In this document: positions 52,302-64,000 of the stretch, piece by piece
Numbering within the stretch: position 1 is the stretch's first letter
How the letters are laid out: each line of letters begins with the position of its first letter
Source: Phoronis australis
Taxonomy: Eukaryota > Animalia > Phoronida
Direction of reading: 5' to 3'
DNA length: 64,000 nt
Assembly (NCBI GenBank): GCA_002633005.1
Contig: NMRA01000460.1
Coordinates: forward strand, 239,653-303,652
Notes under the pieces: generated by a model
Database searches by the model: none
Told to the model about the DNA's origin: nothing
The model's input: only the letters and a program-made list of their open reading frames with translations
Translations under genes and position numbers: made by a program

Positions 52302-53866
52302 TTAAAACTGGTTTTACTGAACCGGCTCATTCGTCTAATAAAACCAGGATTTTAGCCTTTTACCAAAACTGCGTTGGTGAAATAAGAGTTAGGTCTAAAA
52401 TTAGACCAGTTTGAAGAAGGCACTAGTAAAATGTTCTTATTTTGTCAACTTGGAAACACTGTATGTCAGAAAAGACTGATCGGATTCACACACAAGGTGT
52501 GAAACTTACTGAGATGTCTTCTACACTGTTCCCCAGAGTGCTCCCTCTTTTGTCTGAGTGGTTACAAAAAATTGACTTTACAACTCTTAATAAAAGAATA
52601 CTGCATAAAATTAAAACGAAAATATGATTCAGAAAATCGTAACATCCGTATCAAACAACATTTGGTTATAGTACTGATACCGTTGTATTTCTATGAATGT
52701 AACTTTCTTTTCTGCAAAATTCTACTAAAAAGAATAGGGTAAAATGGCCCGGATAATGTCAGATTAGAACAAAGTAAAAGTCAAATTTTACAGGCTACCT
52801 AAGTAACAATTATTCTCACGTCCCCAGACTAAGACCACATTGGGCTTCTGAAAAGCAGCAGCATTCCGTGGAAACTATCCCACCGACTCAACCTTGTGAT
52901 GTTTCTACGGTTGGGAATTGGGCAGCTGCTTGGCTGCATGCTAGTGTGGGATCACGCGACCAACATTTGCAGGAACTCGTAAATTTCCCACCAAACGAGT
53001 TCCCTTTGTTGACGAGCCTGACCGTGCGGACTTCAAACCGCACAGCAAGCTCTACACTCGCGCACGCTATTTCCCTCCTGTGAACGCTTATTCACCCCTC
53101 CTGAACCACTTTACGCGTCCAATAGACATAGTTTTTGTTCGCGTCCGAACCAACCCTGCTCATATACATGTACATGATTTCTTTCCTGTAAAAGTTATCT
53201 ATAAGTTCGTGGTTCTTATCCTTCTCCCGATTCTCATAGTATAACCTGATGTAACGTCTCCAACCACTTATCTACTGTGTAGAGTATGCATTTAGAAAGT
53301 TAACACACTCGATTATTCGCTTTGAACAGAATCATTTAACAATGCTTTCCTTTTAAAAGATATAAAAATGAAAACAAGTCAAATATTCGTACATAGGCCA
53401 TTTTCTAATGCATTTGAACGCGCCAATGTATGCCGAAATGCGGTGAACACGGAGTATTGATAATTAAAGTATACATACTGCTAATTTGTAAAACAGAGTG
53501 TGAAAAAGACAAATCGTATTTGATTTAAAGATATCCATTGATAAAAAACAGAAACCGTGTGAAGTTACCACGAAATTAGCTCAGCATCTGAATCGACGTT
53601 TTTGTCCATGACAGGAAGGGAAGTAGTATCGCAAGCAGGGAAAAATCTGCAGGAAAAGAGTTAATTGACACGTGTAACTGTATGACCAAATAAATGTCAA
53701 TGTGAGAGGTGAAAACTGGTCCGTTATGGGGACACATTTTCAAGAGGGGAATAGCGTGCGCTATGAAGATTTTGTGCGCGAAGAGGCCTGAGTATTGTAA
53801 AGGCAGGGAACTGTACGTGGCTTGAACCTGGTATCAACTGATTTGAATAACTGTTTTATTTTCAAG

Positions 53867-54143
53867 ATAAATGACAGCGGAGGTCTCATACTCGATGATC
53901 GTACTTTCAAAGATTTCCTCCGCAGTTGCTACCGGGTGTACAAGCGGGGGCTCTATGCTTCTCCGCCTATGTTTGACTTGGAGATGAGTAACGGCAACCC
54001 AACATTCGATGAAAATGGTGGTCCAGAAAGAGGAGAAAACTCAACGTTCTGGGACCATGAACAACATAACCGGAAAAAGCGAGGAATATTGACTAATAAA
54101 TATCTGTGGACGGGGGCGAGGGTTCCTTTCAGATTCAAGCCAT
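53867..54143 (+). CDS. Gene B exon 2: propeptide, RKKR furin site, start of astacin domain
   Basis: ttttcaag|ATA...CCAT|gtgagt; ...HNRKKR-GILTNKYLWTGARVPFRF matches the astacin N-terminus (R.KR.....lW....VPY.f). Confidence 0.88.
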
Positions 54144-55702
54144 GTGAGTGATTTGGTTTCCTTGATTTGCTTGTTCATTTTCGTTTCCTTTTGTTTTTGC
54201 AAAAATCTGAGATGCCGAATACTTGACTTTCAGGCAATTTCTTACTGACTGTTTTACTCTGCCAGCTACGTGACCTTAGATGTCTCGCATGATGTCCAAA
54301 AACAAATTAGGAGTGGGGTACTAGTTACCCCAAAATACTGCAAAGGTAATCCGCTGACTGGGACATATCATTCGCAAAGTTTTAAGAGATTTCAATCAAT
54401 TCTTTGTGGAAACATTGTGAAATGTTCAAAAACAAGATTAGGCTTATGATAAACAATCAATCGAAACCAAGAACGAATGTAAAGCCGTTAATGGTATACC
54501 CGAGGATTATAAACGCCACCCCATCGTCTACCAAACTCAGCAATTCTGGGATGTTCAAGTCGTCTTGCATGGCAGTTTTTTTGAATTTATGTGGCAGTCC
54601 GCGGATCCAGAAGTCACGTTACAGATACACTGTAGTATGCGCCTAATGAGAAGTCAAAACCTTTCAAAACCGTGTTTTATTCAATACATATTAGGAGTTA
54701 CAGGAAGTTGGTGAAGTACAGCACCACACATCTGAGTAATTTTAGATATTCCATGGTGGTCACCTTCGTGAAAACTGAGGCAATTTCTGAATACGGGCAG
54801 TCGCCGTGACTCATCGCCGGGAAAATAACCACTTGCTAAATTGGCTTTGATTTTCAATCATCAGGGAAGTTATATTTAAAAAAACCTTACAATATATACG
54901 TCTGTTGTCTAAGTATAAAAATTCTGCGCCGCAAACCGGGGTAGGAAGTGTAGTGAATTTTTGTCAGTGAGCTGAATGTCGGCAATGGAAAAATATTGCA
55001 GTCTTAGGAGCATATCCCTGTGCCTTCGTCACAGGAATTTCCCTCATTCAGGGACAGGGTAACTAATTAATGTGTACATCTTGCCCCGCGGTGCACATAT
55101 GTCCGCGCACGGCACATGAGGCCAAGCGTTCCGCCTCCGCCGGGTAGCAGATTAATTCGAAAAATTCTTGACCTTTTCGCGTGACCTTGACCTCCAATAA
55201 CAAAAACAGTATCACATGAAAACTTTGAAGCATCATGCTCATTTCAAAAGGCATTTATTGGGACTTGCCAATTTCGACATGGCCGAAGGCGGCCATATTG
55301 GATTTGAGGATTATTCCTTTAAAATTCAGCCTGGCATACAAGTTCTCTGGACTTAGCACTCCAAGATTAGTTAGAATCAATCGTCACATTTGCATTATCC
55401 CCACATGCACTCGACACCATTTTCTGATGCCTTTTTTGAAAATTGGAACCTGACTAATTTGGCACCATGGCAAGTGTTCTTCCCGAAATTGTTTTACCAC
55501 GCCAATGGTATTTTGTTGGCCGTCAGCCGCCCGGCCGTAGCGAAGTCGTGTCGCGGGAGACCACCGCCGGTATCTTAATTTCCGTCTAAACTTGTTATAG
55601 ATATTTTGGCAAGTTTTAACGTCCAGATATTCTAAGTGTATATCAGTTTTATTGAATTATTTTGACATTGCATGTTCATTGTTGTACCTATAATGTTTAT
55701 TT

Positions 55703-55842
55703 CATGGGCGGCGCAGCACTGAAAAAATGGTGGTAAAGCCACCTTTGCCCCCCTGTGGCGCACCGCCTATAGACCATGTGCGGCGAAACACTGAAAAAAG
55801 AGGCGGCTATAGCCCTCCAGTCCCCAATTGTGCGCCGCCCAT
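55703..55842. mobile_element. Small hAT-like MITE
   Basis: CATGGGCGGCGCA...TGCGCCGCCCAT inverted ends. Confidence 0.5.
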
Positions 55843-57095
55843 ATGTTTACCAGAGTTATTTACACCCGGTGAAACACGCTTAGCCTAGTCCGCCATCGGT
55901 CGGCATTGTTATTGACTTATCGCCAGGCTTTTGAGTGACGGCTTAACTGACCATTTAGCACGCAGCATTATTGACACACCTTCGTTTTGAAGCCACCATT
56001 TTACTCACGTTGCTGGGTAAAACTCATTGTTTGTTAGTCGACATTACGCAAGGGGGCGGACCTTGCGACAAGTCAATCAATTGTTGGCACAGAACTGTGA
56101 CTAGTCCGTAATTTTTTGCAAGAGTCGGAAACTATGTTTGTATGTATACGGCATTTATGATCTGAACCATTTATTCCGGTAGAGCAGCCGGGGTCGGTAT
56201 GCCTTCGTCTTTTGTCAGTGCGAGAGGTCTCGATCGGTCCGCACCGGGTCATTGACTGCAGGTTCCGGTCTGGCAAAGTAATTTGTGTCAAAATTTATTT
56301 TTGCACATTTCGTCAACATTTTTAGTACAAATTGTCCCTATTTTGGTTTCATTCAAGTTAAGGTCCGCTGTCGTTTATTTTATCCCCGTTTGTAATCCCA
56401 CAGTGTTCCTGAATGAATTGCACTTCCGGTTTCGCGACTAGTTCAAAATGGCGGTGTGATCTTCGGGTCGGAGTCGTGAGTGACACGTATACTGAAACTT
56501 CCTTCGACTACGGATTATGTATTGGTTATGGGATAGGTACTGCGTGGTTCCTTATAATTTATTCTAACCTTTTAACAAGGGTTAAAAACGTCTGCTTCTG
56601 GGACTTAAAGAGCATTTTTCTGACATGTTGACTCTTTCAACATGTATTCTTTTTGTTGATTGCTATTCTACTCCGCCAACAGTTAAACATCTGTGATTCA
56701 GCATGATACAATTTTTATTTATGTATTGTTCTGATTTGGTTTACAAAAAAAAATCCATTATTGTCAGTTTTTGACAAAAATCTTTCCTTTATTGTTACTC
56801 TGCACATACCAGAACAGTTATTTTCGGGTTTTTTATTCATTCTTCTTCTCATTATTACTATTGTTTTGGTTTCCGACCTTTTCTAGAACTTAATAACCCT
56901 CAAATGACCAAACTTTCAACTTTGAAACTTTCCAAGTATATTTACTCCTTACAAAAATTTTAAAAATACAGTTTTTACACATAATACGCCAGGAATAGTG
57001 AATTGGGCAAATGGACATCTTATTTTCAATACGTTGTTTCTCCTACATTAATCAAATAATTCTTTTCAATTTCATCGTGCAGATGTAAGTGTACA

Positions 57096-59408
57096 TGAAA
57101 AGTCATTGGAGATAAAGACAAGTTGCCCAGTTGGCTGTCGAACTAAAAGTGTATTCATATCAACAAATAATAGAATATATACAGAAATGTACAGGAAGTC
57201 AGTAGGTTCTAAGAATATATGACTAATACAGTACTGACTACTACAAAACAGGAACCAGTAAACCATAAACAACAACAGGATAGAATATTACTACAGGATA
57301 TAAACACATTCCAATTTAGTTATCAAATTCCACTCTCTTTCTTTTTCTTAAGATAACCCATAATCCATGTTCCACAAACTGTATAATATAGTTTTACTAA
57401 CACGTATACAATTAATGTTCTATCTACAATTCTAACATGCCTGTCTCTATAGAACACTTTTCGCAGTACAAGAGAGAATGCTCCACGTTTTGTAAAACAA
57501 TCAACAAGTAGTTTACCATCAGCATGTCTTTTACAGTATAACATTTAATACTGTTTGCTACAACACAAACATCAATTTGCAACAAATCATCTGAACATTT
57601 ATTCTTATGCAAAGTTATCCTATTGTCACCTGTGTTTTGAATGCATTGCTATTCTCTTTGCCAACCTTAAAAGTTTGATCCAATTGTGGAAATAACAGTC
57701 TCAAACTCTTCTGTACCTAACCATACAAAATCAACATGACATGCAAGTATACCATAGACCTCATTTCTATCATTCGTCTAGTAAAATACAGCAGGATCAG
57801 CCTCTGACATATTTCTCCCGTTTTCCAACATGATTGATTTCACCCGAACATATCAATTTTTGTGAAGTGCCGCTTAGGTCATTTTGAAATTCTTTAAAAC
57901 CTTTAGCAACTAATCGGGCCTTTGGAACCACACCCATTTCGTGGAGACACATTTCTGACCTTCATTTGGCACTTCACTATAAACATTATTTTGTTTCCAA
58001 CTTTCCAGTTCAGCCAATTTTGCATCCTTTAATTGAACATCATCAGTAATCAAAACACTTTCTGTAGTATCAGTTTGTCATTGTCAACTATCTTCAGGTC
58101 ATTCACACTTTTGAGGTCAACAGACAAAGCTGCTCCCTCTGACTCATCAGGACTTGTAATGTTTAAATTATACCAGCTGTTGTTTTTGCCAGAAGCCTTA
58201 GTAGCTCTGCCCATGACCACAGCTCCTATTACATAGTTGTCATCACTGTGCCCTCTGCAGCCTCTTCTTTCTGTGGTACACTGTTGATATTCACACACAT
58301 ATGTCCACATAATGTGTGTTTAATAGGTACATCTTGACCAAACATTGACACTCGGCTCTCCTTTAGGTCAATTTTTGCGTCTGCACTCTTTGTTTCTGTC
58401 AGCAGAACAATGTCATTGTCCAGTGACCAATCAACATGATTTTGTTTCTCCGGGCAGTCTTTAGCCCAGTGAAACACGGAATTGCAGATACTGCAGGATG
58501 TTCTCCGGCCATATTTGTTCAATGGGTTCGTTCCTTTCACTTCCTGTCTGGGTGGTTGTCGCCTAAATTTTCCGTACAGGACTTCTTCTTTCACGGTGAT
58601 GGAAGATCCCTCATTGAAGTCTTTAGCTACAACCCCAGTAAAGATTCTTTTTAGTGCGGATTTCATCCCACTAAAGGTAAGCTCAGAACAAGCAGTCAGA
58701 GCCATCTGCTTTTCTGTCCGTTCCAAGTTTGCACTGTCCAGCAATTTGAATGCTAGGACAGCATCTGGCAAAGTCATGTCATACATCTGACACTTTTTAT
58801 AAGCAGTGTCAAAAATGTGGATGAACTCATCAATATCCTGTCCCATTTCCCGATGATACATATCAAACTTTGTGTACGCCTCGTATGCATACATGTAGTC
58901 CTTTCTATCTCGAGAGTAGACGGTGTCCAGCCGTTCAATCAACGTTTTTAGACCATCCTCGGCCTCTAAAACATCTGCAATCAACTGTAGTGCAGTTTCC
59001 CTGGCTCTGCCTGTAAGAGTCAAACTTACTGCAAGCCCTTGTTTCTTCCTTGGTAAATCAGTTACCCGCTTCCATAACTCTATCTCCTGTTTCCAATCCA
59101 GGTAATTCCCATCCTCGAATTTAGGATTCATGAAGCTTTGTGAAGACATTTTCACAACCTTGCTCTGCTACCATGAAAAGTCATTGGAGATAAAGACAAG
59201 TTGCCCAGTTGGCTGTCGAACTAAAAGTGTATTCATATCAACAAATAATAGAATATATACAGAAATGTACAGGAAGTCAATAGGTTCTAGGAATATATGA
59301 CTAATACAGTACTGACTACTACAAAACAGGAACCAGTAAACCATAAACAACAACAAGATAGAATATTATGTAACTACAGGATATAAACACATTCCAATAT
59401 AGTTATCA
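57096..59408 (-). mobile_element. Ty1/Copia LTR retrotransposon (GalEa-type), internally deleted
   Basis: LTRs TG...CA at 57096-57325 and 59174-59408; PBS TGGTAGCAGAGC (tRNA-iMet) at 59162-59173; PPT at ~57326-57350; pol fragments KLAELESWKQNNVY, KARLVAKGF, DPAVFY; flanking TACA duplication. Confidence 0.93.
58229..59155 (-). CDS. gag: Copia/GalEa gag ORF (fused to deleted protease remnant)
   Basis: YLDWKQEIELWKRVTDL..KKQGLAV, LPDAVLAFKLLDSANL, MKSALKRIF, CSICNSVFHWAKDC zinc knuckle. Confidence 0.85.
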   Translation of the reverse strand: MKMSSQSFMNPKFEDGNYLDWKQEIELWKRVTDLPRKKQGLAVSLTLTGRARETALQLIADVLEAEDGLKTLIERLDTVYSRDRKDYMYAYEAYTKFDMYHREMGQDIDEFIHIFDTAYKKCQMYDMTLPDAVLAFKLLDSANLERTEKQMALTACSELTFSGMKSALKRIFTGVVAKDFNEGSSITVKEEVLYGKFRRQPPRQEVKGTNPLNKYGRRTSCSICNSVFHWAKDCPEKQNHVDWSLDNDIVLLTETKSADAKIDLKESRVSMFGQDVPIKHTLCGHMCVNINSVPQKEEAAEGTVMTTM

Positions 59409-61824
59409 TACACGCCAATCAATAGCATTACTTTGCTAAGTAATCGGATTATCCAATCAAATGAAACACATCAAAGAATATTGAGTGTAAACTCAAGTTT
59501 TGACGCAGACTCTTCAAATTCACACTTTTGATTTTGTACGAATAATTGAGTTCTAATTGGTGCAACTATGGGTCACTTCCGATTGTTGTATAAAATTGAG
59601 TTCCAAATTTTGACCTTTTTATTCAACACGTACTCTGATGTGTCAACAGTTGGACAACTCCAATTCTCAGCATTAAACACACATTTCACAAAATTTCCAA
59701 CAATTCTACTAAAGGGGCTTATGAAGCACCGAAAAGGGTCAATTAGCGCAAAGGTCACGTACACTTCAAATATTTTTCTCTTACAATTTCCAAAGAATTC
59801 TTTTCAATTTCAGCACACATGTGTAAGCCTCAATGCAAATCAAATTCATTTCTTTACTAAGCAATCGGGGAATTCAATGAGATAAAATATGTCAATGTCA
59901 CTGAGTGCAAGCCTAACTGGTGATTGATACGTGCATCAAAGCATCAGGTCATTTGGTGAAAAAAGGGGACCGTTAAGTGCACTTTTGACCTTTACGTCTG
60001 TTATGTATTCTAAATTGTCAGTTGTTAAACACCTAAGATTCAGAATGATCCACGTTCTTATTTTATTCTCTGGTTTTGGTATGGTGCAGCTGCCATTGGA
60101 AAGGCGGTAAATTTTGCCAAATGTCTCACTCGCGCAGTCATTATTGTCACGTTAATACATGTACATGTACTATTCTTTATGACGTTTTATAGAACTTGAT
60201 CACACTCAAACAACTCAATTTTCAACTTTGAAATTTTCCAAGTGCGTTTGAGCCATCCATAAATTTTATAAAATAATTAAATTTTGACTCATAGTGCAGA
60301 CGCGGTCAATAAATGCAAAGGTCTTCTGATTTTCCAACTATTACTTTGCCTACTTTTTGAGGAATTCTTTTTAACTTTACGTGTACTGGTGTAAGTCTGT
60401 TTGCCAACCGAATGCTTAATTTTCGTAGTAATTGCGTCATCCCCTCAGATTAAATATGTCAAAGGTCATTGGGAGCAAACCAAGATTTTGAGCTAGACAC
60501 TTCAAATTCACAAACTTAAGGGAGTTCTAATTCTAAAGTTTCATATAATTTCGAGCATAAGGTGCACTTTTCTTCTGCAAATTTGATCTTTTCATTCAAA
60601 CCATTTTCTGATGTGACAATAGGCAATTGTGATTTGAAGCACTTAACACACTTTTTACGGAGTTTGTAACTATCCTACTAAAAGGGCTTGTAAACTATCT
60701 GAAATGGTCAATTAGTGCAAAGTACGCTTAATTTTCAAAATGTTATTTCTCCTACATTTTTCAAGGAAATGTCTTTAATTTCAACACACAGGTTCAAGCT
60801 CATATGCCAATCACATGGACTACTTAACTAAGCGATTTTACTTTTCAATCAGATAAAAAAGGTCGTGCACGTGAGTTCTTATTCCAAAGTTTCAGGTCAT
60901 TTGGTACCATGGGATCATTAAGTGATTTTTTTCTGAAAGTTTCACCTTTTCATTTATATTCTGATGTGTTAACAGTTAAACATGTGTGCTTCTCAGAATT
61001 TCCACACCTTCACTGACGTTGCAATCAATCCATGACAAAAGCTAATAATGGAAGGAAAGGGTCAATTAGTGTAAAGGCCATCTAATATTCAAAATGTAAT
61101 TTCTCCTACATTTTTCAAGGAATTCTCTTCAATTTCAGCACTCATGTATAATGCTATATGCCAATCACAGGATATTGCACCTAAGGATGCACCGAATGAC
61201 ATAAAACTTTAGAATTAGAACTGAATTCCAGAAAAGTGCATTTGAAGTGTCTAGTTCAAAAATTTTGCACTGAATGAGGTTTGGCCTATTTTATCTGATT
61301 GGACGGCTCGAATGTCTACAAAAGTTTGATTAACATGTACCTTGAAATTGAAAAGAATTCCTAAAAATGTAGGAGGAATAAAATGTTAAAAATTAGATGT
61401 ATTTTGCACTAATTAACCTTTCCAGTGCATCATATGTCCTTTTAGTAACAGTATTTTAAAAGTTCCAGAAAATTGTATTTAATACAGAGAATCAAAATTG
61501 TTTATCTGTTGACACATGGGAATACGTGTTGAATGAAAAGGTCAGAAATTCAGGAAAAATTCACCTAATGACCTCATGGCTTCAACAAATGACCCGGAAC
61601 TTAGGTTATAGAATTCAATTCCATTTGCCAATCACACACGCGAATTTGAAGTGTCTACCTCAAGATCTTAGTTTGAAGTATTTAGTCTGATTGGAGGATC
61701 CGATTACTTAAAAAAGTAACGCATTTGATTGTGACCGTAAGCTGAAGCTGAAAAGAATTCCTCCAAAATGTTGGAGAAGAACTTTGTACCTATTGACCAT
61801 TTGGGGTGCGTGATGAAAATATCG

Positions 61825-62805
61825 AGATATGTGATATGCAAGCTGATTTAAACAAGGGCGAAGCCCAAGTATAAATCGGCTTGCATATCATGTGTCAAGT
61901 TATAAAAACCCACAGTTATCACGTTCGTTGTATTACATATTTATCATACAAATTGCATGAACCACATGCATTCTTAGGACGCACATTTACACAAATCTTC
62001 AGAGGACTTAGCGACAGCATATGTTTATATGTCGCTGTAGGATTGTGAAGGAATTTGAACTCATAAGTTATGTGTTTACTTCATGTAAAACTGCAGCAAT
62101 GCTAAGCTAATCAACATACGGAACAGATTTAACATCAAGTAACGAATTAAGTGGCAAACAGCCATCTGCTACCTGCGCTACCGCAGTCTGTACACGACCG
62201 GTAGCAGCTTGAGCATACGATCAGAACAAGACGTGTTAAAGAAGAGATTTATTTGGAAAAACTCATTGAATTGATAACATAATAGCATAGTGCGAAACGT
62301 TTTATAACTATTAATAATTTTATTCACTTATATTGCCCAAGTACAGCACGGTTGGTACCCGGGGGTTATGATAACCGTGTTTAGCGTAGTGACTCATTCA
62401 TGACTAGTTGGTCAAATGCGGAGGCTGTATCGTTTAGCTTGCGTGTGTTTGCGTTTCTAAAACACTGTTTCCAACTTAACATGCATCAAGTTTGTTAAAT
62501 AAGTAAACATGTAGATGGTTTAAGACGGATATGTCCATAAGTTGTGCCGTATATTTGATTCAGTTGTCATTTGTAAGGTGTTTTTCAATTATTGAATATA
62601 GTGACACATCAGTACAGAATTGGAAGACGTGAGTGAATTGATAAATGACATATAACAACGTGAGTTAAAGCAACCACCTAATTTCTTATGGAAGTAGCCC
62701 ACCGAATACTGGTTTGCCTGAGAAAACACGAAAAAGTCGTTCTGGTGTATAGCACTGTGTGAAAACACAGTATTTGACCGCTGTATCATCACCTATACAT
62801 GATAA
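61825..62805. mobile_element. Crypton-like non-autonomous insert
   Basis: Hairpin TGATATGCAAGC-GATTTA...GGGCGAAGCCC...TAAATCGGCTTGCATATCA at 61832-61890; interrupts one unit of the surrounding repeat complex. Confidence 0.5.
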
Positions 62806-62919
62806 GATATTTCATGAAATTTATGGATACCTCAAGCCTACTTGGAAAGTTTCGAAGTTGAAAGTTTAGTCGCTTGAGAGTTATTAAACTCTAGAACAGT
62901 TCAAAAAAATAATAAGATA

Positions 62920-63290
62920 AAACCCCGAGAATAACATGACTCAAGTGTTCTGCGCGGATTAATGATAATTATAATGATAATGAAAATAACTTATAAGAAC
63001 CATAAGTTAGAAACCCGAGAATAACAAGTCTCTGCGCTGGTACGCGCACAGTAGAGAAAACAATTGAAACCCGAGAACAAATGACTTAGTGCTGGTACTT
63101 GCAAATAAAATTATAGGAAAAAATCGGGAATAACAAGACACTGTGTTTGTACGTACTCGTACGCGCAGAGCAATGAGGAGAAGATTAAAACCCGAGAATA
63201 ACAAGACACTGTGTTGGTACACGCAGAATGATAAAAAAGATAAAAAACTGAGAATAGCATGACTCTATGCTGTTAGGAGCAGAGTAATGA
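62920..63290 (+). repeat. Degenerate ~55-90 bp tandem repeat, 6 copies
   Basis: AAACCCGAGAATAACAAGAC-CTGTG-TGGTAC-CGCAGA unit. Confidence 0.75.
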
Positions 63291-63489
63291 GGCATTCAAT
63301 TCAAGCTTTGGTATAAACATGGGTGGCAATTTTCTTCATCGATGATACAGACATGGTAAACATTTTCAAGACCCATCAGCAAAACCTTCCACGTCCTTGA
63401 TCTGTGTTCTCCGAGTCTCGTACTCTAGACTTCCCCATTTGAATTCTGAAATATTAAGCGATAAATTCACGGAGTGCGTTGCTTTGCAG

Positions 63490-63628
63490 ATGACTACACG
63501 TCGGACGCCAAGGCAAAAGTCTATGCTGGCATTCTTAAGTTGAGACAGACTACTTGTTTAAATTTCGTTGAATATCAATCTGGCACTCCGAATGAGCCTC
63601 ATGTGAAGTTTGATAGAGATGGTGGAGG
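63490..63628 (+). CDS. Gene B exon 3: astacin catalytic domain (continues beyond window)
   Basis: ctttgcag|AT...GG|gtaagt, phase 1 to 2; YDYTSDAKAKVYAGILKLRQTTCLNFVEY...HVKFDRDGGG matches astacin TCirF...yi.f....GC. Confidence 0.9.
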
Positions 63629-63749
63629 GTAAGTAACGAGCGTGACTAACAACATTCATGTTCATGGTGCAACTTCTTTGCATTTGCTAGATACTATTAC
63701 ACAGTTCAGACCCATTTTCTTTTCATCCCTACTTTCGAAAAATACTTAA

Positions 63750-64000
63750 AGGAGAATGACTCCCAAAACAACTTATTTTGTAACAATTTAGATCGATATC
63801 ACCAAGTACAATTCTTTTACCTGGCACCCGACGGCAGATAGAGGTGTTGAAATTACCAAATGACGTCAGAGGTTTGAACGCAGTCTGTTAGCAGTTCACA
63901 GCGCGCTTACTCGTGTCAGCTTATCGCTCTAATTCATCGTTTTACACCAATGAATCATCAAAATTAGATGTAAAGCCCTTACAAATAAATCGAGTTATTG
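63750..64000 (+). mobile_element. Kolobok-like TTAA element start, same family as 24158/37006
   Basis: TTAA|AGGAGAATG; body alignable with 24240-24425. Confidence 0.65.

Larger units (their letters stand above)
56620..63290. repeat. Modular repeat complex forming a large imperfect fold-back (centre ~61185) in gene B intron 2
   Basis: Units with ctcctacatttttcaaggaattc..ttcaatttc repeated directly at ~57040, 59780, 60350, 60750 and 61100, and inverted at ~61350 and 61760; 56800-56940 is inverted relative to 62840-62935. Confidence 0.7.

Noticed and set aside
57072-57275. Twin ORFs at 57072 and 59168 as duplicated genes
   Set aside because: They are the two Copia LTRs
62920-63290. CRISPR-like repeat/spacer pattern
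   Set aside because: Repeats are degenerate, intervening sequences are related and irregular, context is a spliced eukaryotic intron, and there are no cas genes

Overview
Eukaryotic (invertebrate-animal-like, AT-rich) genomic DNA with three assembly gaps; most ORF-track entries are noise. By manual splice-site reading, the + strand carries two intron-rich genes. Gene A is the 3' part of a multidomain extracellular protein: MAM, P/T linker, three ShK domains, linker, then an F5/8 type C (discoidin) domain (9 exons, 86-20278; last exon probably in the gap at 20432-21417). Gene B is the 5' part of an astacin-family (M12A) metalloprotease: signal peptide, propeptide with an RKKR furin site and the start of the catalytic domain (exons 50551-50619, 53867-54143, 63490-63628), continuing past the window. 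An orphan paralogous copy of gene B's upstream region and signal-peptide exon lies between them at ~26.8-27.06 kb. Introns and the intergenic region are packed with transposons: a full-length dead Mag-type Gypsy with a nested IS3EU-like element, a deleted GalEa-type Copia, and remnants of piggyBac, Tc1/mariner, Ngaro/DIRS, ISL2EU-like (THAP+YqaJ), Kolobok, hAT/Harbinger MITEs and a Crypton-like insert. No RNA gene or CRISPR array was found. The strongest leads are possible TE-driven isoforms of gene A, the orphan first exon, a templated mosaic junction at ~24-25 kb and a propeptide without the canonical aspartate-switch motif. All assignments are by-eye motif recognition, not database searches.
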